Shown piece after piece: positions 37,966 through 46,617 of a stretch of DNA of 64,000 bases. Positions within the stretch are counted from its first letter, which is position 1; every line of letters starts with the position of its first letter. The position numbers were made by a program, and so were the translations under genes. The notes beneath the pieces were generated by a model. That model did not search any database. It was given only the letters and a program-made list of their open reading frames with translations, and was not told where the DNA came from. This DNA comes from an uncultured virus (IMG/VR IMGVR_UViG_3300031862_000640) (Duplodnaviria; Heunggongvirae; Uroviricota; Caudoviricetes). The stretch lies in the IMG/VR virus record IMGVR_UViG_3300031862_000640; one strand, 5' to 3'.

Positions 37966-38181
37966 TTATTTTTTCTTCTTGCGATGCGTGTTGTTGCCGT
38001 GATAGTACGCCACCTCGTAAGAGACCAAACCTGATAAGAGTCCGATTGCCGCCACATCATAGATAACGGTGCCTGTCGTCAAGTTATAATGAACAGCGAT
38101 GAGACTGATAATGACGAACACGACCGCGTAGATGAGTGTGTGCAACTGGTGAATTTTTCTTTGCAATTCGTGTTGTTTCAT
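37966..38181 (-). CDS. small two-TM protein
   Basis: TATTTCT element at 38193-38199. Confidence 0.6.
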   Translation of the reverse strand: MKQHELQRKIHQLHTLIYAVVFVIISLIAVHYNLTTGTVIYDVAAIGLLSGLVSYEVAYYHGNNTHRKKKK

Positions 38182-38199
38182 GTTCTCAGAGTAGAAATA

Positions 38200-38685
38200 T
38201 TAATCAATCTTTATTTTCCCTGTTACAAGCAAGCCGCCAACAAGAGCTAAAACAAACGGGGTTACAACATATGTCAGAACATGTAGCACTTCAATATTCT
38301 GAATAAGTTGACTCCACAAAAACCAGACTGCGCCGTCTTCGGCTTGCAGATATACATTGGACATTCCCGTCAACGATCCGTTGGTGACGTATTGAATGTA
38401 GGCTGATTCCCAGTCGACCGTGATGAAGAAAGCAAAGGTGATTAGAAGCAGTCCAAGGGTTTCGATCTTGTCGTCAATCTTGATGCCGAAGACTGTGAGT
38501 CCTAATCTGCTGAGAACGTAGAGAGATGCGTAGAGAATGATGTAGTAGACGATGAGACCTGCGAATGGTGATAGGCTGTTCAGCCATAAAATCCATTGGC
38601 GGGTCGTGAAAAAGAAGCCCATAACAGCTATCGCAATGGCAAGGCTCAATTCTTTTCCTGTCAACTCAAACTTTTTTGGCTTCAT
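38200..38685 (-). CDS. multi-pass membrane protein
   Basis: About 4 TMs; TATTTCT element at 38699-38705. Confidence 0.7.
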   Translation of the reverse strand: MKPKKFELTGKELSLAIAIAVMGFFFTTRQWILWLNSLSPFAGLIVYYIILYASLYVLSRLGLTVFGIKIDDKIETLGLLLITFAFFITVDWESAYIQYVTNGSLTGMSNVYLQAEDGAVWFLWSQLIQNIEVLHVLTYVVTPFVLALVGGLLVTGKIKID

Positions 38686-38739
38686 CTTTGCTCACCAGAG
38701 AAATACATGGAAAAGGGTTCGAGGGAATAATCGGAAAAA

Positions 38740-39528
38740 TTAAAAGATGCTCTCTATTTTTGGCATGATTACTCTTTTCAACAGTTTCTTGTCTTTCGGA
38801 TAAAATTCAAAATCGTTGTCGCCTTTCCACAATCCTTCCAAGCGGTTTTTATCCGTTAGAAGGTAGTAATCGCCTTTCCCAATCCATTCTATAATCGCAC
38901 CCTTTTTATGCGGGGAAGCAGTTTTCGGTTTAAAGGCATGTATAACTTTGACAAGCACTTCATCAGGCTTTATCGGATTGTAGGTTTCCAAAGAGTCTAA
39001 AATGTGTTTTCTACACTTCGTGAGTAGTTGAGGGTCAATTTGTTTCCACGCTGAGATTTCATCGCGCAACCGCTCAACCATGTCTTGTTTGTTCATGAAA
39101 CGGTCCCAGTTGTCAAAATTCATTTTCTTTCCTGTTTTCAGAAAGTCTCTAACATGGTTTACTTCATGTTGGAGTGATGCTTCTCTTTCGGACGCAGACA
39201 TTTTCCGCACTCTCTGCAGTTCAACATAAATAGTCGGATAGTCTTCGTAGGCAGCCATTCCTACGGCTACTTCTTGTGTACTCCGCATCTCACGCGGCAC
39301 ATTAAATTCCAGACCTAACGCTCGCATTTTATGACGCTTACAATAGTCTTCAAGATTGCGTTGCATGAACGTTTTAATTTCGCTGAGTGATCCCGTTGGA
39401 GCGATCGCCTTCAGCGGTTGGGTATTCGACACTAATTTCTTGCGCGTCAAAGAGGCAACAGGTTTAGTGACTGGCTTAGTCTTCCCGTGGTCACGATAGA
39501 ATCCAACAGCAACTCTTTGTTTCTTCAC
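38740..39528 (-). CDS. VGFY-module protein 3, HExxH zincin-like cargo
   Basis: AVGFYRDHGKTKPVTKP; LQHEVNH...DEISAW. Confidence 0.8.
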   Translation of the reverse strand: MKKQRVAVGFYRDHGKTKPVTKPVASLTRKKLVSNTQPLKAIAPTGSLSEIKTFMQRNLEDYCKRHKMRALGLEFNVPREMRSTQEVAVGMAAYEDYPTIYVELQRVRKMSASEREASLQHEVNHVRDFLKTGKKMNFDNWDRFMNKQDMVERLRDEISAWKQIDPQLLTKCRKHILDSLETYNPIKPDEVLVKVIHAFKPKTASPHKKGAIIEWIGKGDYYLLTDKNRLEGLWKGDNDFEFYPKDKKLLKRVIMPKIESIF

Positions 39529-39629
39529 GATAGAAAAATAGCGAGACTTAAGCGCGCACCTTAAACCGTGGAAAATGAAACTCTGGATTTAAATTGGAAA
39601 ATTGTTTCTTGTTTCGTGGCGTATTAGTC

Positions 39630-40346
39630 TCACTTTTTCCTGAGCCGCGCCGCTTTTTTTGCTTCTTCTTGAACATGCTTGCAAGTTCTTGGTTGATCGC
39701 GTTTCTTGAAGATCCAAGCTGGACAATTGCACGAGAGCCCACCTTTCGGTCCTTGAAGCACAGTATACTTTTTGCCTGGTGTGGATGAGCTGGGATAGGT
39801 GGCCATGATTTTGTATCCTGATTTTGATGTTCTTGTGCCTGCTTTCTTCAGAATCTTCTTCCAGCGTTGGCTTCGCTCTTTCCTCATGCCATCAAGAAAG
39901 GCGAGATCCTGCTTGTAGATTCTATCGAGCTTTGTGTCGTCCTTGGTGATGTTGACTAAGAACTGTATTCGCGCTCTGCACACGTTGAAGCCTTCAGCGT
40001 TGACGCATTTGACAAGATCCATCTGGCGTACTTCAGCAGAATTGTTCGGGTCATAACCGTATTTCTTGAGAGCGCCTGCCTTGACGTGACCGCTGACCTT
40101 GGCTGCCTGTCCCCATTTTTTCGGTTTTATTCCGGGGAACTTTTTACCCTTCTGAACGACTTTCTTTCGTTTGATTTGTGCAATTGGTTTTGTGATAGGT
40201 TTGGTTTTTCCGTGTTCCTTGTAGAAGCCGACGACCTTACCTTTGCTTTTACGCTTCGGCTTTCTCTTACGCAGATTAGCCAAACGTGTCTTGTAAGCCT
40301 TCTTGCCTGCAGCAACCATCTTCAAACTCTTGTGTTTACCAGACAT
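39630..40346 (-). CDS. VGFY-module protein 4, helical domain plus SWIM zinc finger
   Basis: VVGFYKEHGKTKPITKP; CNCPAW...CKHV; start MSGKHK. Confidence 0.8.
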   Translation of the reverse strand: MSGKHKSLKMVAAGKKAYKTRLANLRKRKPKRKSKGKVVGFYKEHGKTKPITKPIAQIKRKKVVQKGKKFPGIKPKKWGQAAKVSGHVKAGALKKYGYDPNNSAEVRQMDLVKCVNAEGFNVCRARIQFLVNITKDDTKLDRIYKQDLAFLDGMRKERSQRWKKILKKAGTRTSKSGYKIMATYPSSSTPGKKYTVLQGPKGGLSCNCPAWIFKKRDQPRTCKHVQEEAKKAARLRKK

Positions 40347-40382
40347 CTCGACCACTACATAAGAAATACATAAGAGGTTTAG

Positions 40383-40408
40383 AGAAAGTTTTAACTACTG
40401 GTTAGAAC
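40383..40408 (+). promoter_or_regulatory. BRE/TATA promoter with overlapping inverted repeat, repeated at 41101-41126
   Basis: AGAAAGTTTTAACTA(C/G)TGGTTA(G/C)AAC, 24/26 identical; core also near 14695 on the minus strand. Confidence 0.65.
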
Positions 40409-40430
40409 TACATGTGAGAAGAGGAATAAA

Positions 40431-40745
40431 ATGGTTAAAGTTGTTGAAGTACATAATGAGTACGCAGAAAGAATGGGTAGAGTCCGCAGCGCGATTAGCA
40501 ATGTTCCTAAGGGTTATGAAGTTGCTTTAGACAACTGCGGTTGGGCTAATTACAACATATATAGAAAAGGGAGAGTATTCAGCCATAGAATAGGTTGGAT
40601 ACTTATTCCAAATTGTAATCCAGATTGGGGCAAACGAGATGTTCGTATAACACTTAAGTACGCACAAGATTTAGAAGCGGTCAAGCTTATCGCAGAACAA
40701 ATTGAGAAAGCTGATTTTGACGTAACGATAGAAGTTCAGGCTTAA
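40431..40745 (+). CDS. hypothetical protein
   Basis: GAGGA RBS, promoter upstream. Confidence 0.6.
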   Translation: MVKVVEVHNEYAERMGRVRSAISNVPKGYEVALDNCGWANYNIYRKGRVFSHRIGWILIPNCNPDWGKRDVRITLKYAQDLEAVKLIAEQIEKADFDVTIEVQA

Positions 40746-40788
40746 TTTAGCATAATAAGGCTGTAGGTTTCTCTATTGAAAACCTTAA

Positions 40789-41097
40789 ATGCGCTTGTTC
40801 ACAAAACTAAGTGGAAGAAAAATGAGGAAAAGCCCAAAAAGCATCAAGAAAGAGCCATTAGTTGACATTTGGACTTTAGTGCATGTGCTCGCAGGCATAT
40901 TTCTTGTTGCACTGTCGAAACGTTTTTTTGGTATTACATCTGGCTTTGCTGCTGTTTTAGCTTTCTTTGTGCTTTTGGCTTGGGAAGTTGTTGAATATGC
41001 TCATACTCCAGAGTACTACAAGCGTAATTTACATAACAATGTGGCTGATGTTGTTGCGGATTTGGTGGGAATAGCTTTAGCTTTGATGCTTGGGTGA
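40789..41097 (+). CDS. small membrane protein
   Basis: DIWTLVH...WEVVE...N.VADV motif. Confidence 0.6.
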   Translation: MRLFTKLSGRKMRKSPKSIKKEPLVDIWTLVHVLAGIFLVALSKRFFGITSGFAAVLAFFVLLAWEVVEYAHTPEYYKRNLHNNVADVVADLVGIALALMLG

Positions 41098-41115
41098 GAT
41101 AGAAAGTTTTAACTA

Positions 41116-41562
41116 GTGGTTACAACCAATAGGTCTGTGGCGAATATGATGGATAAAAGTAAAATAGCAAGATTGATTGCTGTCGGCTCGCTGGTAGCAA
41201 TTCTTTTAACCGTCGCTGTCTTAGCTCTGACAAATTGGAGTCACACCGTCAACTGGGTAATCCCCAAAACTGCGGATATCAAAGTCTACACGCCCGAAGG
41301 AGGTGAATTGGCAACAGCAGGCTTTGAAAACATAACCTCAAACAGTTTCTTCGGAACGTACGTCATTGTCAACGTGGGCAACAGCAGGATTCATGTGACT
41401 GCCACTGAAACGTGGACTAACAAAGGGTCAGGCACCGCAACTTGGACAGGTTTACCGGCAGACATTGATATTGGCAAAAATGTGACTGTGACACTAACCC
41501 TCAACAACTTGCCATCAGGCACAGGGATCTTCACATACTCGTTCAACCCCTCGCCGCTCTAA
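41116..41562 (+). CDS. secreted beta-rich protein
   Basis: Signal peptide; NVGN...TLTL Ig-like pattern. Confidence 0.6.
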   Translation: MVTTNRSVANMMDKSKIARLIAVGSLVAILLTVAVLALTNWSHTVNWVIPKTADIKVYTPEGGELATAGFENITSNSFFGTYVIVNVGNSRIHVTATETWTNKGSGTATWTGLPADIDIGKNVTVTLTLNNLPSGTGIFTYSFNPSPL

Positions 41563-41590
41563 AGAGGCTTTCTTGCTTACCTTCATGTAA

Positions 41591-42865
41591 TCAATGATGC
41601 TTAACGCTGGTGGATATCCTCTTATTTTTTCTACGTTTCGCCTTGTCTTTAATGTTGATAGTAGCCTGATGTTTTGGCTTAATGACTCGAGGTGGCAGTT
41701 TCCACGGCTTCTTGTTTTTTGGTTGGACGGCTTGGAATTTGCGTGGTTTCTTAACAAGCCTTGCGCGTGTGACTTCACGAACCGATTTTGTTATGGGTTT
41801 AACTTTCTTGTCTTCATCTCGGTAGAAGCCGACCAGCACACGACCGTGTCTTGAAGCCCAGGATTTATAGCCCGCAATTTCCATCTTTGAAAGGCGTACC
41901 TTGCCTTTGATTTTGAGGGTTTGAGGCTTCTTTGTTTCCGCTTTCGGTTTCCATCCGTGTTGTTTTCTGGTCTCCCATGACCGCTTTCCAGCTTCGGTCG
42001 CGTCAGCCGAGCCCCTGTACTCGACACGTTTCCTGTGTTTCTTCTTCTCAACGATGGTGCCTGCAGTAGGCTTCGGTGGAGGCGCTGGCCATTTTGCAAC
42101 TGTAATACCGGGCACACCAACTCTGGAAGGGTCGACATATTTCAGAAGGGCGCGATAGTGTTTTGTTGTGCGTTGGTATTTCTTGTATGCTTTCTTGAGA
42201 ACCCGTTTGCCTTCGAGTTTTTCCAAGCGACCTTGAACGCTGGCACGTTTCTGGGTCACTACGTCCAGAGCGTTTGTAGCCTTTTTTAGCTTGCGCTCGA
42301 AAGTGCGTGTATTCTGTATGTCTCCATCATGTCGGTACTGGGCAAGTTTGTTTTTGACGTCAGCGATGCTCTTGTTTCTGAATTGGATGTTGTGGTCAAG
42401 CAGTTGCAGTTGTGTTTCAAGCCTTACAGATTTGCGGTCGAATGTGGCTGCTTTGACTATTTCGTGAGCTCCACACTTCGGGCATGTTGTCAACCTTCGG
42501 TCTGTCCATGGACGCTTGAACCATTTTCCACAGTTGGCACATTGGTAGCCCTCAACATACTTGCGCTTGACGAGTTTAGCCTTCGACTTCAGAATCTTCG
42601 GCTTCGGAAATTTGATTTTGACTAGCTTGCCTTCACGTTTCAGCTCTCCCTCAGACGTGTAGACGCGCCTACCATACCTTGCTTCGATTCTGCCTGGCCG
42701 AGGCTCATAGATTTCGCCGTAACGTTTAAGGTTCTTTAGAGAGCTCTCAAATTCGCCTTTGGTCATGATTTTGTGTCTATTGACAATTCTGTCTTGAAGA
42801 AACTCTGGCGTGCTGAACGGAAACCTCTTAATGAATTTCAGCAGCTCGCTTTCAAGATAGCCCAA
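41591..42865 (-). CDS. VGFY-module protein 5 (wHTH, zinc ribbon, coiled coil; module C-terminal)
   Basis: LKRYGEIYEPRPG; CANC..CPKC; LVGFYRDEDKKVKPITKS. Confidence 0.8.
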   Translation of the reverse strand: MGYLESELLKFIKRFPFSTPEFLQDRIVNRHKIMTKGEFESSLKNLKRYGEIYEPRPGRIEARYGRRVYTSEGELKREGKLVKIKFPKPKILKSKAKLVKRKYVEGYQCANCGKWFKRPWTDRRLTTCPKCGAHEIVKAATFDRKSVRLETQLQLLDHNIQFRNKSIADVKNKLAQYRHDGDIQNTRTFERKLKKATNALDVVTQKRASVQGRLEKLEGKRVLKKAYKKYQRTTKHYRALLKYVDPSRVGVPGITVAKWPAPPPKPTAGTIVEKKKHRKRVEYRGSADATEAGKRSWETRKQHGWKPKAETKKPQTLKIKGKVRLSKMEIAGYKSWASRHGRVLVGFYRDEDKKVKPITKSVREVTRARLVKKPRKFQAVQPKNKKPWKLPPRVIKPKHQATINIKDKAKRRKNKRISTSVKHH

Positions 42866-42898
42866 AGTTTCTCAAACAAGAAATAGTCATAAGCGATT

Positions 42899-43081
42899 TC
42901 ACTTGTTATTGTGGTACTTCTTTCCAACGAGTAAACCGATGCCTAATGCAAAGAGAGCCACCATATAAGTTTCATGATGAAGTTGACTTACCGTAAACCA
43001 TTCTCCGTATACCAAGTGTTGCTGTAAGGAAATGAGAAAAGCTCCAAAGAAACATAGGTAAGCGTAGTGTTTGAGTTCCAA
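42899..43081 (-). CDS. small two-TM protein
   Basis: TATTTCT element at 43095-43101. Confidence 0.6.
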   Translation of the reverse strand: MELKHYAYLCFFGAFLISLQQHLVYGEWFTVSQLHHETYMVALFALGIGLLVGKKYHNNK

Positions 43082-43125
43082 AGTCTTTCAAGAAAGAAAT
43101 AGGGAGCTACTTGAGAACTTCTGTT

Positions 43126-43587
43126 TCACCTAAATCCTCTAAGGAAGCCCTTTGCCCTAACAAGGATTATGGCAACCGATGTCGCTATGGTTGTAAAAGC
43201 TATCTGTATCTGAGTAGTACATGTTCCAAATAGTTTGTATGCTAGCATCCATGTCCATTCCCCCGTTGGAAATTGACCCTTTCCCCATACACCATAAAAG
43301 ATGAGGTCTTGACCTGCAGATAACACAAAGGCCTCCAACACCATGCACAGCCTCCAAGAATGTGTATAAAGATAAATCCATACAATAGTCATTTGGAACA
43401 GCAGAAGATAAACAATTGAATCAGTCGCAAACCAAGCATCGCTATACTGCAGACCGTACTTGTAAAAGTCACAATTAATCAAGTAGTCAATTCTCGTAAA
43501 TAGAAGAGTTGCAAAAATGAACACCGCAATCGCTATGTCATTCTTTGACAAATCATCAGTTATGACAAGTTTCTGCTTCTTGCGCAT
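43126..43587 (-). CDS. 153-aa membrane protein, copy B
   Basis: Close paralogue of 22779-23240. Confidence 0.8.
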   Translation of the reverse strand: MRKKQKLVITDDLSKNDIAIAVFIFATLLFTRIDYLINCDFYKYGLQYSDAWFATDSIVYLLLFQMTIVWIYLYTHSWRLCMVLEAFVLSAGQDLIFYGVWGKGQFPTGEWTWMLAYKLFGTCTTQIQIAFTTIATSVAIILVRAKGFLRGFR

Positions 43588-43649
43588 CTTACGTCTCCGT
43601 CCAAATTCTCAAGATAGAAATAGGGAGTCTTTCCTCAACAAAGAAATAG

Positions 43650-43904
43650 TTACCGTAGCCCTCGGCTCTGTTTCCATCTACGAAGCCCAGCATACTTCTT
43701 GTTTGCCTTGTCGTATCGATACGCACCGTAGACCAATAGAACGAATCCCAGAAACATCAAAAGATAGCAGTATTCTTGCTTGAAAGTTGGATAACGTGCC
43801 TGGACCTCAGAGAAATACGCGAGAGAAACTCCTCCAGCTGCCAAAAGAAAAGCTCCGACAACGGCAATCAATTCGTATTGGCTGAGCTTCTTCAAAGTGC
43901 TCAC
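43650..43904 (-). CDS. small two-TM protein
   Basis: GTGA overlap with upstream gene. Confidence 0.55.
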   Translation of the reverse strand: MSTLKKLSQYELIAVVGAFLLAAGGVSLAYFSEVQARYPTFKQEYCYLLMFLGFVLLVYGAYRYDKANKKYAGLRRWKQSRGLR

Positions 43905-44929
43905 CTATCTTCACGCGTTGGCAAAGGTTTGGTAATAGCGCGATAGGTGATTGGAGGCATAGGCTTGTCAATGTCACGCTGATATTCTTCGAGAGCACGC
44001 TTAACCTCAAGCGCAGAAAGACGCCGACCAAAATGTTCTTCATATTGCTTCTGGATGTACGGAACATTCCAAGTACGTTTGCTGAAGGGATCTGAGTCTG
44101 TATCTACAATACCCATTATCCGACACGACACATCACGCCACGATGTTTTCGCGCTTGCAGTCTCTATTTTCAAGATTTTCCTTATTCTGTACATTTGCTT
44201 TGCCGTTGCTTCCGCCCAGCCTTTATTTCCTCCTCGAACGGGTCTTGTATCTTTCCGCCCTTCAGGCGTTATGAATGTGACGTAGTATAGGCGACCGCCC
44301 ATCTTTCCGTTAAGTATGTCGTCTTCGGATGCAATTCCCCATCTTCGGGAATGTGCAACTTCGGAAAGAGGCGGTGAATAGTGTTTTCTTGGAAAGCGGC
44401 GATGTTGAATGATATACCCCTCATTGTCTTGCATGAATACGCGGTCTGTACTGCGGTCGTCTTTTTCTTCAGCAACTATCTCTTTGAAAGCGAGGTTGGC
44501 CCTTTTGATCTCTTTAACATTTCTGATCTTGAACGACGCTAAAGGCGCACTAACAGTGTGCACTCCTTTTGAGAAGAACACACGTCTAATCGACCAAACT
44601 CTTCCGCCCTTTGGTTTAGGAGTGACCCCAGTTCTTCCGTGTTTAAAAGCTACGACGGTATCTCCTTTGAAGCGAAGTTTAGTGCTTCCAAATCCACCAG
44701 TCGACCTTGGTTTGACATTGCCGAATTTCTTGGAATTTTTAATAATCTTCTTTCTGTTCAACTCACGCGCAGAACGAGTGATAGGTTTTGTCTTGCCATC
44801 CTCATCTTTGTAGAAGCCGACAAGAACCCGACCGTCTTTAGACGCTTTCGCCTTGAAGCCAGCAATCTGCATTTTCTTCAAACGCAACTTTCGACCAGCA
44901 TCAACAAGTTTGACAATAGTTTTAGGCAT
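43901..44929 (-). CDS. VGFY-module protein 6, unknown cargo
   Basis: LVGFYKDEDGKTKPITRS; start MPKTIV after TATTTCT and GGTGAG. Confidence 0.8.
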   Translation of the reverse strand: MPKTIVKLVDAGRKLRLKKMQIAGFKAKASKDGRVLVGFYKDEDGKTKPITRSARELNRKKIIKNSKKFGNVKPRSTGGFGSTKLRFKGDTVVAFKHGRTGVTPKPKGGRVWSIRRVFFSKGVHTVSAPLASFKIRNVKEIKRANLAFKEIVAEEKDDRSTDRVFMQDNEGYIIQHRRFPRKHYSPPLSEVAHSRRWGIASEDDILNGKMGGRLYYVTFITPEGRKDTRPVRGGNKGWAEATAKQMYRIRKILKIETASAKTSWRDVSCRIMGIVDTDSDPFSKRTWNVPYIQKQYEEHFGRRLSALEVKRALEEYQRDIDKPMPPITYRAITKPLPTREDR

Positions 44930-44949
44930 TCTGCTCACCAAAGAAATAG

Positions 44950-45555
44950 TCATGGTAAGACTATTGGACCGATTACGAGTAACCAAAGGGCGACGGCCAT
45001 ACCTCCAGCAACTAAGGTGCCAAGTAACCATGTCATTTTGTTTTTGTCACTCTCGTCAGATTTGTTCAAGAATTGAAAAGAGAGATATAGGAAAATAATG
45101 CCCAGAGTTAAAGTTAAAAGAGGAATAGAAGACCCAGAAAGACCCAATATTGTGCTAAGCGAATATTTGTCGCCATGTTCTAACCCTATCAGGTCAATGG
45201 CTGAGTCAAACGCGTCTACGCCGCAAATTAGGATAGCGGGAGAAAAATAGACGAATGCCTTAGATTTGAAGGTGTACAATAATGAAACTAACGCTGCGAA
45301 ATAGAGGATGCTCCAACCCGCAGCGATAATGATAAAGGCTTGCGTACTGTTAGCTATTGGTATAGGACATTCAATCGAGTCATAATGGAAAGTTACTGGA
45401 TAGCCAAAAAGAGTATAGGCTAAGTAATGACCTGTTTCGTGAAGAGGGCCCATAAACAAACCAAAAAAGAAAGAAAGAACAACAGCGTCCTCGAGTTTAA
45501 TGTTCCAGACCATTTTGCTTTTCACCAAATCTTTTACACCAAAGCTTTTAGTCAA
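44950..45555 (-). CDS. M50-like membrane zinc protease
   Basis: LHETGH next to a TM, AAG motif, downstream GD. Confidence 0.65.
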   Translation of the reverse strand: MTKSFGVKDLVKSKMVWNIKLEDAVVLSFFFGLFMGPLHETGHYLAYTLFGYPVTFHYDSIECPIPIANSTQAFIIIAAGWSILYFAALVSLLYTFKSKAFVYFSPAILICGVDAFDSAIDLIGLEHGDKYSLSTILGLSGSSIPLLTLTLGIIFLYLSFQFLNKSDESDKNKMTWLLGTLVAGGMAVALWLLVIGPIVLP

Positions 45556-46463
45556 TCAGGCGTTATTTTGTAGCCAGCGTAAACGGTTTGTCGGCCGAAG
45601 CCTGCGTTGATAGGTTGGACTTTGAAACCGTGTGTCCTAGCTTGTTTCTGCATCAACCCATCCAACGCTTTCAACTGTGCATCTCGAGTGCCATCTGGGA
45701 AGCTGCCATAGTTGTCTAAGAAAAACTTTCGTTTCTCGTTACCATCGCCTATTTTAGCGTAGATGCAAGACCCATCTGTCACGGCGACTATCATCGACTT
45801 TTTGACTGGCAAACCGTTGAAGAACCTTCTTATCTGTGGCGCAGGACTGCCGAAAGCGTCAAAGTCAACGACCGTCAAGTTGCTCAGTTTTTCTTGAGGC
45901 AGTTCTTGTTCAAGCCACTTCAAGTTGTTGGCTCTCACAATAACATGGCTTTTGCCCTTCAGTTTAGCAGCGGCCTCACGCAGATACTCAGCGTTCTTGT
46001 CCACGAGGATTATCTTCTTTGCTTTATGTTTCCAGACCTCAGCAGACAGATTGCCTTTTCCAGCGTACAATTCCAAGACTGTGCCAGGACTCATTTTTTG
46101 CAGAAGGGCGCGGCGCTGCCACTTCTTCGCAGGGGTCAGATCGGGGCTTCCTGAATAATGGAATATTGGGTTCGGCTTCTTCGCATGAGCACCTGCGCTC
46201 TCATAACCTCTGGTCAGCTGCGACGATTCCAAGGCTTCAATGGGAACACTGTCGACAACACCTTTGTGTCTATCATAGATGCCCAAGTGCACCTCTGCGC
46301 CTTTCATCACGTATATAGGTCGACGCTGCCAACTGGGTTTCGGAAGCCGTAATTTTGAAGGGTTCACAATGAGCTTCTTACGGTTCAGGTCGTTGAAAGA
46401 TTTAGTGATAGGCTTAGTTTTTCCATCTTCACGGTAGAATCCGACGACCGTTCGAGTTGCCAT
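45552..46463 (-). CDS. VGFY-module protein 7, SAM-dependent methyltransferase cargo
   Basis: VVGFYREDGKTKPITKS; VLELYAGKG, ILVDKN, VVDFDAFGSP. Confidence 0.85.
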   Translation of the reverse strand: MATRTVVGFYREDGKTKPITKSFNDLNRKKLIVNPSKLRLPKPSWQRRPIYVMKGAEVHLGIYDRHKGVVDSVPIEALESSQLTRGYESAGAHAKKPNPIFHYSGSPDLTPAKKWQRRALLQKMSPGTVLELYAGKGNLSAEVWKHKAKKIILVDKNAEYLREAAAKLKGKSHVIVRANNLKWLEQELPQEKLSNLTVVDFDAFGSPAPQIRRFFNGLPVKKSMIVAVTDGSCIYAKIGDGNEKRKFFLDNYGSFPDGTRDAQLKALDGLMQKQARTHGFKVQPINAGFGRQTVYAGYKITPD

Positions 46464-46476
46464 AAATGCTCGATAA

Positions 46477-46483
46477 AGAAATA
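46477..46483 (-). promoter_or_regulatory. TATTTCT-N4-YR upstream element, representative copy
   Basis: About 16 copies shortly upstream of start codons between 21815 and 46483. Confidence 0.75.
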
Positions 46484-46617
46484 TGTTTCAACGCGCATGC
46501 CCTTTGCCACTTGCCTTGATATGATGCTTAATGGTGTCGAAAATGGATTTAACATCGTCGTATTTTTATCTTAAACATTTATATATGAACATCTTTTTGC
46601 GAAATGCTGTGAATAAT

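Noticed and set aside
43811..43817. AGAAATA copies inside coding regions (also near 8685, 47818, 54903, 61753)
   Set aside because: Not positioned before a same-strand start codon; treated as background.
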